DNA of 63,695 nt, the filler included, from Rhabdomonas costata (taxonomy: Eukaryota), in assembly GCA_019059605.1 (NCBI GenBank). It is 53 parts of 53 records of this genome, joined end to end, with 100 filler letters (N's around TTAATTAATTAA, not from the genome) between each part and the next. Parts side by side here need not be neighbours in the genome. Positions count along the whole stretch, not along the records: positions 1 to 1,100 come from JAHMHO010028376.1; positions 1,201 to 2,304 come from JAHMHO010028377.1; positions 2,405 to 3,508 come from JAHMHO010028378.1; positions 3,609 to 4,712 come from JAHMHO010028379.1; positions 4,813 to 5,916 come from JAHMHO010028380.1; positions 6,017 to 7,120 come from JAHMHO010028381.1; positions 7,221 to 8,324 come from JAHMHO010028382.1; positions 8,425 to 9,528 come from JAHMHO010028383.1; 45 more parts are not named here. One strand, written 5' to 3'. Below, one piece after another: positions 1 through 10,461 of this stretch (position 1 is the first letter of the stretch; each line of letters opens with the position of its first letter). The position numbers and the translations under genes were made by a program. Below the pieces are notes generated by a model, which worked only from the letters and a program-made list of their open reading frames with translations, did not search any database and was not told the origin of the DNA.

Positions 1-1100
1 GGTGGAGTGTGGTTTTTTGGAAACATTCTGTCGGAATGGGAGCCTACTGATCGGCTGATTGTTGCTCCACATCCTACGGTTGGAGGAGCAAGTCTGTGCT
101 CGTAAACCAGGGTTTGGCTTTCAGGAGATCAGATGAACGCCGAGAATGTATGAGCAGATCCGCAGGAAGACGGTGCGGGATCCTCAATGTATGGAACAAG
201 CTGTCATTACGATGAAATCAGAGGAAAATGAAACAGACTCTCTGCCAGGTACTTCACCTTCTCCATTCACGGAATGAGGATGAATGAGAATGAGGATGAG
301 CTTGCTCCAGGCGGTCGAAGTTGCCCTGGAATCCGTCTGTCGTGGCAGCGATGCCATCGTCGTCAAAGAGCACAGACCTCGACAAAATGTTTGCGCTCAG
401 CACAAAAGTCTCGTGAGTTCACGAAGAAGCGCACTTGATGGAAACAAAGAACTTCAACTCGTTGCAGCTGTGAACTACAGGAATGAAGGACCGTGCGAAC
501 TTCTTTGGCAAAATGAAATCAATGTTGTCCGGCAGGCCCTCAGAGGAGATGCGCATCGAGAGAGGAGTGCATGCTCGAGCTGAAGTAAACCATGCACTTC
601 ACGTCTGCCCTCCCAATGGTTCAATGGGTGGCTTGGACAGCTTCCCTGGCCGGAGAATGGCATTTCCATGCCGAGGGTCTCCTGGGTGTTCCACGTCGAG
701 CATGGTGTTAAGCCAGACGAGCTCGTGCAAAAGTGGATCCGATATGTGAGTCGTAAAGGTGGCCTTGAGACCAGGATTTCTGGATTGAAGTCCGGGTGAC
801 GTATCCAGGACAGAAAAATAGGCATTGGACTGATTTGGGAAAAGCACCTTTATAAGCAAAAGAAGTTGAAAAACGACAGCAAGGCCACAGCAGGCACCGC
901 AAAAATGAATGCAAACAAGACCTCCACAACTACTTATCATAATTGTTTTCACACTCGCGAAAGCTGGAAACATTAGACTTACAAAGCTCTCTGGGGTGCA
1001 GCGAACAAGCCGAGGCACTATGCCCACTCCGCTGCCAATACGGACCTGCTCGAGCGGTGGGAAGCCGGGCGCCTAACATTAGGACCCAATAATATGCCAT

Positions 1101-1200
1101 NNNNNNNNNNNNNNNNNNNNNNNNNNNNNNNNNNNNNNNNNNNNTTAATTAATTAANNNNNNNNNNNNNNNNNNNNNNNNNNNNNNNNNNNNNNNNNNNN
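1101..1200. other. Artificial contig linker N44-TTAATTAATTAA-N44 (first of 52, about every 1204 nt; last at 62493-62592)
   Basis: Identical 100-nt spacer with stops in all six frames repeated throughout; the flanking contigs are unrelated to each other. Confidence 0.99.
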
Positions 1201-1530
1201 GACCCTTCGGGTTCTGGGCTGGGCAATCGTCGCCCGGAAGGGCGAGTTTCAGGTCATTTGTTTGCAAGTTTTCTCACTTAATGTTCTGGCCCTCCTTGCC
1301 TCAAGGTCTCCAGGTATTTGCTGAGTCCCCCTTATTGTGTCAAGTGGGTCGAAACCTTGGACCCTCTGCACCTGAGTATTGCTGTCATTCAGGCGCTTTG
1401 CTTGCAATGAGGGCGCAGAGGTAACAAGCTGTAGTGGTGCGACGTGGCCTCTGCCGATAGACGCCACCAAGTGGTCGGGTGAGAATGAGTGAGTGGGTGG
1501 TTTTGCTTCGTACGCGTGTCGGCCCTTCAG

Positions 1531-1908
1531 GTCGGCGATAAAGTTGTGTACTGTGAGGTGGACTCGCTACTCCCCGAGCGCCCGGAGTTTGAGTTCCTGC
1601 GCAAGACTTGCTTCATCCCCGCCCGCGCGGAGCCTCCAGCCCTGCCCGCGGGGTTCCGAATTCGCACAGTGAAGCTCCGCGGGCAGGTCTCGCAGGGGCT
1701 GGCACTCCCGCTCACCGTGCTGCCCCCTTGCACCACAGCGTCGGAGATTGGGGAGGATGTCACAGAGGCTCTTGGGGTGTGCAAGTGGGAGCCCGTCGAG
1801 CCGGCCGCGGCGGGCGCGTCAGGGGCCAAGGGCCCCTACCCAGCCTTCCTGCCCAAGACGGACGAGACCCGGGTGCAAGTCCTCGAGCAGGTCCTTCTGC
1901 GGCACCAG
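1531..1908 (+). CDS. Internal exon of an RNA ligase, DRB0094/Rnl5 family (N-terminal OB module)
   Basis: cttcAG|GTC...CAG|GTgtgg, 378 nt in frame. Motifs VGDKVVYCEVDSLLP, RIRTVKLRGQVSQGLALP, GEDVTEALGVCKWEP and FLPKTDETRVQ are typical of DRB0094-type ligases. Confidence 0.9.
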
Positions 1909-4900
1909 GTGTGGGCGTGGGTGGGGATGGGTGGGGTTTAGAAGTGCCAACCCCATCAGCGTGGACGTGGCCCACACCCGGCTCTGTGACACTTGGTGGG
2001 TGCGTAGTTTTTCCGACGTCGGATGGGTGGTTAGTTGAAGGGGGCACAATGCCGGAGCTAACGGCAGCACCTGTGGTGCGCAGTCCTGCCCAGGTCTAGT
2101 GACCAGGATCCCGCACTATCTCATCCGAATATCACTGCTTGCTGTTTTGATCGGGATTCTCCGAGAATGTGCCCTGATTCCTCGACAGGCTCCCCAGCGC
2201 TTTTCTACGTTTTTCGCATTCGCAAAAAAAAAACAAGCGAAAACTTAGAGAAACAATGAGGTGTGTCCTCGTTCCAGCTACAGTGCAGCGTCAACACAAC
2301 AACANNNNNNNNNNNNNNNNNNNNNNNNNNNNNNNNNNNNNNNNNNNNTTAATTAATTAANNNNNNNNNNNNNNNNNNNNNNNNNNNNNNNNNNNNNNNN
2401 NNNNTTTGTTTGGGAGGCGTCCGGCGGGCGAGGTGCAGACCACCTGCGCCGCCCCCACCCCCGCTCCCCGCGCATCTTTGGGGCGCTGTGGGTGGGACGG
2501 GCACTGCTCCCGCTGACCAACGCGAGGTTTCTTTTTTTTTACGGAAAGCGGAAAGGAGGGGACTGTAGAGAGAGCAGTAGCCAAAATAGTTTCTGAGTAG
2601 TAATGAAGGTGAATCCGAAGTTAGCCTGAGGTCTTTTCCACACTCAAAAAGCTTCCCTCGGTCAGTTGTGTTCTCCCTTTGGCGGCTTCTTTCTGCACCA
2701 AATAAGCTGAAGGTCAAATTGCTTTAACGGCAGTCAGTGTACATGGTTGCAGGCACGCATTCGAGCTTTCATTTGCGAAGGGAAGCCTGGCCCATGCGGT
2801 GGCTTGGCAATTGCTTTGCGATGGTGCAGGTTTGTGTTGGACGCACGCTTCCATATGGTCTTAACAGGTAATCGTCGTGGGAAAGGGTTAGGTGTGTGGG
2901 ATGGCTTTTGGTCGGCTTTTATTGCCAGACTTCCGTTGAAGCTGACTCGCACTCGGTCTTTGTTGCCCCCGAGCCCGTGCCAGCCCCCCGTGGCAGCACC
3001 GGCACCGCTGCTGAGCATTTGAGTACCGCTCCCAGCGCTCCTGCGGCGGGGGCTGCTTCCGGAAGCAGCAGCCAGGGAGAAGGTGACTCTCGCCCCACTT
3101 CTCGGGATTGACTGTGGCTCCCCTGGTCCTGCTCCCATCAAAAGAAAGCACTACTCGCAAGGCGTGGAGCAGCGCAAAGCGGTCGTGGTGCAAACGACAG
3201 AACTGTAGAACCTGCCGTTCTCGAAGCGCAGATTTTATTGTGTGGCTTGAGGCAGATCAGTGGGAATGAATTAGCTTCGCATCCCGGACTAAGTGATTCT
3301 GTAAAAGCAGGTAGTATATGGATGGTTTCGTACCTGCCCCCCATTGATCGGGACAAACCCAGTGCGAAGGGCTCGTTCTTGATCTACGGTATTTGATCTA
3401 TGACTGTAGTTTGCTCAGATTCTTTGTTCCCCGTTTACCATTTTGCTGCTTTCCGTGGCCTGGAGATGTGCTTGCTTGCTGCAGGCCAAAAAGTTGAGAA
3501 CAAAAACANNNNNNNNNNNNNNNNNNNNNNNNNNNNNNNNNNNNNNNNNNNNTTAATTAATTAANNNNNNNNNNNNNNNNNNNNNNNNNNNNNNNNNNNN
3601 NNNNNNNNGTGTGTGGGGGCCCGCAAAGGCACTCAAGCATCGGCCGTTAAGAATTTCGCGAATTTTGTTTGCCCTTTGCATGCCGAGGTGAAGGGAGGTG
3701 GACACCGCCGCCCCTATTTTTCATATCCTTCTCACACTTGTTCTCCATACTCTTACTCTTACTTACCGTGATCGTCAACCAGATGCGAGTGTGGAAACGT
3801 GCAGGGCCAAGACACCATTAGAGACCCCATTATCCCGCCAAATCTGAAGCACGCGGACAGAAGTACCTTTTCGAGGGGGTGGCCTCCGGAGAGGTCATGG
3901 CTTGCGAAATCCTTTTGGGTGTACAACCGGAAAAAAGCACAGCAAAGCACAACACTGCACATACACCGTGCCCTTGGAGTGTGAGAGACAAAACACGCGG
4001 GCCCCCAGTATTTTTGCTTTGGTGCAGAACTCTCTTCCCCAGTTTTCATGGCGTTTTTGGGCAGGCTACACATAGCAGGGGATTGCCCTTGCGCGTGCGC
4101 GTGTAGGGTTGCAGATTCATCACACAGACGAGGGGCTCGCCAAGTGGGGAAGCGGGCAATGGGCCACCACCCCTCTCACTACACAGGCGCAGTTGCCGAA
4201 GTATAGCGCTCGCTGAGGTCGCGAAAAGTGACCGGCGATTTACAGCATCCGTGTGAATATCGGCAGGGGCGAGAGGCATTTTTGCTGGGATAAGGGTGGG
4301 GGGTCAAGCCACAGGGTGTGCCTGCGCACCTCCGTCCTCGAGTCGGCGGGGAGCTCATCTCCGCATCCGCCGCGTCCTCGTCCTCGTCCTCGTGGGCCTG
4401 CGCCGTTCCGCTCTCATCATTGGCCAGAAGGGTCCTGAGGGTGGGCGAGCGCCCTGGAGAGGCCGCGGCCGAGGAGGCCACACCCGCACCTTAGGAGCGG
4501 CAGGACGTGGGGAGGGTTCCCCAGAAAACCTCCTGTCTCAGCTCCAGTTTTAATCCAAAAAGTGTCAAAGTGTTGTGAACACTGCCACGGGAGGGTACCC
4601 TTTGGAAACAAAAGTCTTTTTCAACGGGAAATTTTTGCAGGGCTTTGCGGCTTAGGGCTTCTGGCCCCTGCCGCGTTTCGGGATTTCTTTTGGGCCTTGC
4701 TGCACAAAAAAANNNNNNNNNNNNNNNNNNNNNNNNNNNNNNNNNNNNNNNNNNNNTTAATTAATTAANNNNNNNNNNNNNNNNNNNNNNNNNNNNNNNN
4801 NNNNNNNNNNNNGGGTTGGTGGCCTTGCAAGGGTGCGGTGTTGGCATGGTTTTCTTGGTTGACAGCTGTGTTTGTTGAGAGTGCGAGGAAAAGGTGAAAG

Positions 4901-5362
4901 ATGGGTGGATCGGATCATGGGGTAGTCTTACGGATTCGGTCATGTGGGGGCTGCGAACGAGACTGTTCACCTCTGAATTCATTACAAAAGCACTGCTGCA
5001 CTTTCTGTGGTGGTGGAAGGGGCATATGCCCCGCAGCGACCACCAAAAACAAATGAGTTCTTCCGACACTCCACCACTGGTGGATTTTTCGTGGATCCAC
5101 CAGCTGCTGCGCAATTGTGATGCCTCTGTCGAGCTCCGACGTGTGACAAAACAAAAAAAACTGTGATTACTTTTCTTGGTACCCCCCCCCCGATTCCCGA
5201 TTGTAGGCAATGTTGGTTCTAGAGACGATGTTGATTCCATAGGATGCAAGAAACCTGAGCTGAACTCATACCAGCACAAGAACCCATTGCCCCCTGACAA
5301 GCCAAGGGATTAAAGGATTCAGGGAGGTACAAAGCTGTGGGAGCAAGAGGGGAGGGGATGAC

Positions 5363-5600
5363 ATTTTTAATCTCGCAGGCAGCGAGGTTGAGGTGCAGCG
5401 TGAGCTCCAGGGCACGGGCCTGCTGCCTGTGCTCCTCCGTCCACTCCTTCGACGGGGAGCCCGAGCCCAGCTGCGAGCAGTGGTCCAGCGCAGCGGAGTA
5501 CATCTTCGCCGCCAAGGCGACCCGCCCCGACTTAAACAGCACCCCGGCCTCTTCCTTCAACTTCTGGCCCTGAGCGAGGTTCTCCAAGGGCTTCAGGTTC
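5363..5600 (-). CDS. TPR-domain protein exon (FKBP/cyclophilin-type TPR)
   Basis: ggtAG acceptor; KLKEEAGVLFKSG..AAKMYSAAL...LHLNLAACEIK matches TPR1-TPR2 of large immunophilins. Confidence 0.75.
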
Positions 5601-5791
5601 CTACCGAGGGAAAGTTTGGTTGGAAAGTTGGAAAGGAAGAATGTCATCGCCTGTGAATGGGATCACATTGCTGAGGGGGGGCGCCACCTGCACCTGCAAG
5701 GTGTGCCTGAAACCCGCGGACGTAAGATAAGACAAGCATAGTTTACAGAAAAGCACAGCATGTCCGGTTAAGTTTGTTAAATGGCCCCCCC

Positions 5792-5916
5792 TTTTATAGC
5801 AACGCTATAAATTGCAAAAAAAAATTTATAGCCGTGATATAAACTTTTGCAAATTATTATGGCGGTGAAATAAAATCTCCCATATTTTTATAGTGGTGAT
5901 ATAAACTTTTCCAAAT
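5792..5916. repeat. AT-rich degenerate tandem repeat, ~31-nt unit (TTTTATAGNNGTGATATAAACTTTT.CAAAT), about 4 copies, running into the contig end
   Basis: Units tttatagccgtgatataaacttttgcaaat and ttttatagtggtgatataaacttttccaaat are directly visible. Confidence 0.7.
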
Positions 5917-6016
5917 NNNNNNNNNNNNNNNNNNNNNNNNNNNNNNNNNNNNNNNNNNNNTTAATTAATTAANNNNNNNNNNNNNNNNNNNNNNNNNNNN
6001 NNNNNNNNNNNNNNNN

Positions 6017-6223
6017 GGTGGGTTGTCCGTGTGGGAGATCGGCGCGGCCACCACGCTGTGGGTGGCTCGGTCGCTGGCCCCGCAAGCCAGGTTGTTAATG
6101 TTGGAGATGTCCGCGAGGTTGAGGGTCAGGCCCTGGGCAGAGACCGCCGTGAGGCCATCCGCTGGGTCTGTTTCGTCGTCGAAGTGCCACTGGGCAATCA
6201 GTCCTGGAGCATTCTCAGGGACC
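6017..6223 (-). CDS. Exon of a LamG/concanavalin-like domain protein (partial)
   Basis: ctcAG acceptor; PENAPGLIAQWHFDD resembles the GLVAYWxFDE motif that borders LamG domains. Confidence 0.45.
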
Positions 6224-8575
6224 CTGAGCAAGAAAGAGGAGCAGCGGGACCGAGCTTCGTAAAGAAAACAAGGTCGAATCCGGGGGCCGTTTTTTCGGAG
6301 ACCATGCGAAAACTAGTTGAACCACCCAACCTAACCGAGCTGGATGGATAACAGGACACGAGGTGAGGTGTTTAATAATCGGCTTCCTTCCTTTCATGCT
6401 GGTTTTCCTTCGAGTCTGCAACATGGCAAAATAAGAGCAGGACTTGGCTAACACAAGGAAAGCCAACTTTAAGAGCATAACAACTCAATTCGCTGATACG
6501 TCCATGTAACAGTAGCGCGGCTCAGTATGGCAGAAGAGAAATGGCAAACGCGAAGCAAGGAAATTTCAGCTAAGCGTTAGGGTATGTGTACAACCGAGGG
6601 ACAATCCACACCAACTCACGTATTTCGGAGGGAGGTGGTCGTCACCACTTTCCATCCAAGACGGGAAATCAATGGAGGAAGGAGTGACCTCGCCAAAGTG
6701 GAAACAACGGTCAGACGCAGTATCCTAAGGTGCTGGTTTCCAAACCGTGTGTCTGGAGCACTGCACAAGAAAAGCTCGCGGGGCGGAGGACCTGATGCTC
6801 ATCCGTCCAACCAGCTGGTCATCAGGAACGGCAACCGACCATATTCGGAGCTCATCCAAAAACCTAGGAAAGTGGAAGAAACCATAAAGGCGCTGGTGCA
6901 TTTTTGGGGACCCTCCCCCGTTTTCAGTTTGCAGTTTACAGACCCTGGTAATGGGGCGTTGCAAGTGTTAGAACAAGTTAGTAGATCTCGCTGGGGGTTA
7001 GGTGATGATGCACGTGGGTAATCAATAGTACCTAGGGTCCGTAAAATGCACCGTAAGTGGGGGGCACTTGATAAGGGGTGGGGCTCCCCAGAGGGCACCT
7101 TAAGAAACCGCAAAACAAAANNNNNNNNNNNNNNNNNNNNNNNNNNNNNNNNNNNNNNNNNNNNTTAATTAATTAANNNNNNNNNNNNNNNNNNNNNNNN
7201 NNNNNNNNNNNNNNNNNNNNGTGGGTGTGTTTGGTGGTGGGGGGGAGGGGTACGTTGAAGGCATGCACCTCCCAGCCTGTAAATATGCGAGAGAGCGGGT
7301 GAGTCAGTTAGTGGGGTTTTCGAGCGTCGCTTTGAAGGGCGATGGGAGAAGGGGGTTCGGCATCCAAACCGAAGCGTACACCCATAGAACCTTTCGGGGA
7401 GGCCCATACAAACCAACTTCTGCCTCCCTGCCGTCATCTCAGGTCTGTGTTTTTTTTTCAGCGACAGGTGTAATAAATATGTCCGCATCCTCAAAAACAT
7501 GATTATCTAAACGACATCTCTCATGGGGTGAACTTTTTCGAGGATATCCGGGGGGGGGGGCGCCCCAGAGCCCCCCAAATCCAGCATGAACTAAAAGAAC
7601 TGATGGTATGGTTACGCTGGAGGCCATTCATTTCAGGCGCACTCAACGGGAAAATGAAGCCGCTATTTTGCAACAGCAAACGACTTACCGTCCTCCGACA
7701 ACGCTTGCGGTAGAGCCTGAGAAAGCCAAATGCACTGTTCGTGAGCCTCTTCAGGGCTCGTTGAACGATCGCCGCCGTCAGGTACTGCCGCTCTCGGAAT
7801 CCCGCGGGAAGTCCTGAAGCAAAAACGCACCCCCAGCACCGGACCACACTCAACATCTGTCACTCACTCTTTGACTCTCACTATCAATTATCCTCTCGTG
7901 GGGGGTCAGATTAAGACCCACAACTTGGGTACCGAAAACGAGGGCATCTTCAATTTCTTTTCCTGGAGGGGGGGGGCCTTAAACATTCGCACTTCGCTAA
8001 ACAGTCATCAATGTTGCAACTTCCATTAAACTACAATATGCCTTTTTCGGGAAAAACTGTACACCTGACCTCATTTGATGAAATGCATTTAGAGGCAGTA
8101 GACACCGTTTATCTTTCAGTTTAACCCCCGTAACTAAAAAATAACGTCGCCAAAAAGTGACTGAGGAAAGCTAAATATTTGACGTCCCCCCCAACCTGCT
8201 GGAACCCGCAGATGCATGTCCAACAAATGAAAGCCCCTAGGACCTAGGATCTAAGACCTAGGATCAGGCCAAAAACATCCTGGAAAGAGTCCCAGGGGAC
8301 ATGTGCATCGGCTTCGAACCCCCCNNNNNNNNNNNNNNNNNNNNNNNNNNNNNNNNNNNNNNNNNNNNTTAATTAATTAANNNNNNNNNNNNNNNNNNNN
8401 NNNNNNNNNNNNNNNNNNNNNNNNGGTTGGTTTGATCGGTTTCCTGTGGTGTGGAGTCCCGACGGGATGGTGCTCGCCACTGGGCTGTACCGCAACGAGT
8501 GGGCCACGGTGACAGTGCGCTCGGAGATGGTGCAGTATGTGTGTGTATGTGTGGGTTCATGTATGTGTGGTTTAG

Positions 8576-8779
8576 GTTGGAGAGGAGGCCACGGAGGTGG
8601 TGATCGAGGCCGTGGCCCGCCGCCCCGCTGGGCTAGTCACCGAGTCCGCTGACCTTCTGTACCACCTGCTTGTGCTGTGGGCCTCCTCGGGGGTGGCCCC
8701 GGAGCAGGTCTGGGCTGAGCTGCGGCGCCGCGAGGGGGTCTCTGGATTGGCCGAGAAGGCCAGCCGCCCCCCGCAGTGA
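8576..8779 (+). CDS. hisE: Terminal exon of phosphoribosyl-ATP pyrophosphatase (HisE domain)
   Basis: ttt[26 protein letters not shown]...[13 protein letters not shown]...[20 protein letters not shown] then stop. Confidence 0.88.
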   Translation, partial: VGEEATEVVIEAVARRPAGLVTESADLLYHLLVLWASSGVAPEQVWAELRRREGVSGLAEKASRPPQ

Positions 8780-10089
8780 GCGGGGGCAGGGAGTGAAAGC
8801 GGAGTGACGGTGCATCATAATACAATCGGGCTGTCACAGGAAGGAGCCCTGTGTGCGAGTTAGGACGCGGAGGATGTGGATACACAGCTCCGGTGGAGGT
8901 TGTGAGGGTTAAAACATGGTGATGAGTTCTCGGTGGCTTTTCTCATCATGTAGATCTTTCCGTCGCTATTTCTGTCGGAATCTAAATTTGCAATTTAGCC
9001 CTTCCCGCCACAAAAGGGCAAAGCGCAGCCACTGCAGACTCAGATCCAGCTGTTTATCGATTGGTTTTGGTGAAACTGAATTGGGAGTACTAATCAATGC
9101 AGGCAGGCACCAAACATTCAGTCCAGTTTGCATATTTCCTCCTCTTGGAGCGAATCGAGAATCCTGAAAATGGAATCAGGCACGTGATGATAATCAATGA
9201 TATGGGCCTGTATCCCAATTCATGACTGTGAGCTCCTCACTTTTGCTACGCCACCATCGGCGCCTTGGCAGATCTGCTTTTTGGGCTACTTTCTTATCAG
9301 AGAGAATCTCTGTGCTGTTTCCAAAAACACACTCCCCAAGCCACCTTTCCGTTTGTAGCACCATGTTGGCCAGAAATGGTGAGTTACGTGCCTTTTCGTT
9401 TTGGATGAATAGCTCACTTCTGTGCAGTTTTTTTTTCACAATTGTTGGTGAGAATTTCATTCATTTTGCGAAAGATTTGCAGTGTGGGATTTTTTTCGCA
9501 AAATGAATGAAATTCTCCCCAACAAACANNNNNNNNNNNNNNNNNNNNNNNNNNNNNNNNNNNNNNNNNNNNTTAATTAATTAANNNNNNNNNNNNNNNN
9601 NNNNNNNNNNNNNNNNNNNNNNNNNNNNGGTTGTTGTGAGAGCGCATATTTGCATATTTGCATTTCATTGCAGCGTTTGATCCTCTCTGCTGTTTGTGCT
9701 TGTGTTTTTCTTGTGTGTTTTACCCACTTAGCGGTTAGCTACAATCCCTGTTGCCCATCCCTGCACAGCCCTTCTTTCATTCACTTTTGTGTGTGGTGTC
9801 CAAGTATCGGAATTGTCGCAGTTTCAGAAGGTCCCTTTTGGTACGGAGCTAGTTGGAGTTTTGGTGAGAAATCCTATTACAGCCGCAGGTTCTGATTTTG
9901 ATCGGACACGATTGATTTCTGTGGCCAGGGATCAAGTGATTCCGGATGTTGGTGATACGCACTTGCCGCAGGGCACTGGGGGAGATAGATCGCATACCCC
10001 ACCCTACCCTACCCTACCCTGCCCTGGTTCACTTTTACAACTTCAAGGTGCTGACTCGGCAATTAAGGAAGCATATAATTTCTGAAAAG

Positions 10090-10461
10090 GTCTTTGAGCT
10101 GGTCGAGGTGACGGAAGAGGAGGCCTGGTCGGCCATTGTGAAAGACGAGGCCCTGCGAACGCTGAACGCGCAGCGGGTGCTGCAGGCCGTACAGAGGGGC
10201 ATCCGAAAGGAGGCGCTGAGCCTGCTGCTGCTGGAGGAGCCCTGCGACGTGGATCTGCGGGAGGACAGCGGCGACCCCATGCTGTCTGTGGCCATGAGGA
10301 AGGGCTACTCGGAGGTTTTCCAGAAGCTGTTGCAGCGCCGCGCTGACATCAACGCGAAGGGCCAGCACGGCCGAACGGCATTGCACTGGGCTGTGCTGGA
10401 GGGACGGTCCGAGGCTTTGGCGACGCTGCTGCAGAGCAACGCAGACCCCGACATTGCGGAG
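10090..10461 (+). CDS. Ankyrin-repeat protein exon
   Basis: aaAG|GTC...GAG|GTactt, 372 nt; ankyrin motifs GDPMLSVA, ADINAKGQHGRTALHWA and LLQSNADPDI. Confidence 0.88.

Noticed and set aside
8425..8575. WD40-like VVWSPDGMVLATG segment fused to HisE through a 41-nt GT-AG intron
   Set aside because: Splicing 8535-8575 puts HisE out of frame; the GT-rich junction could be a chimera.
1531..10461. RNA ligase, TPR, HisE and ankyrin genes as a gene cluster or defence system
   Set aside because: Each lies on a separate contig, so adjacency comes from concatenation.
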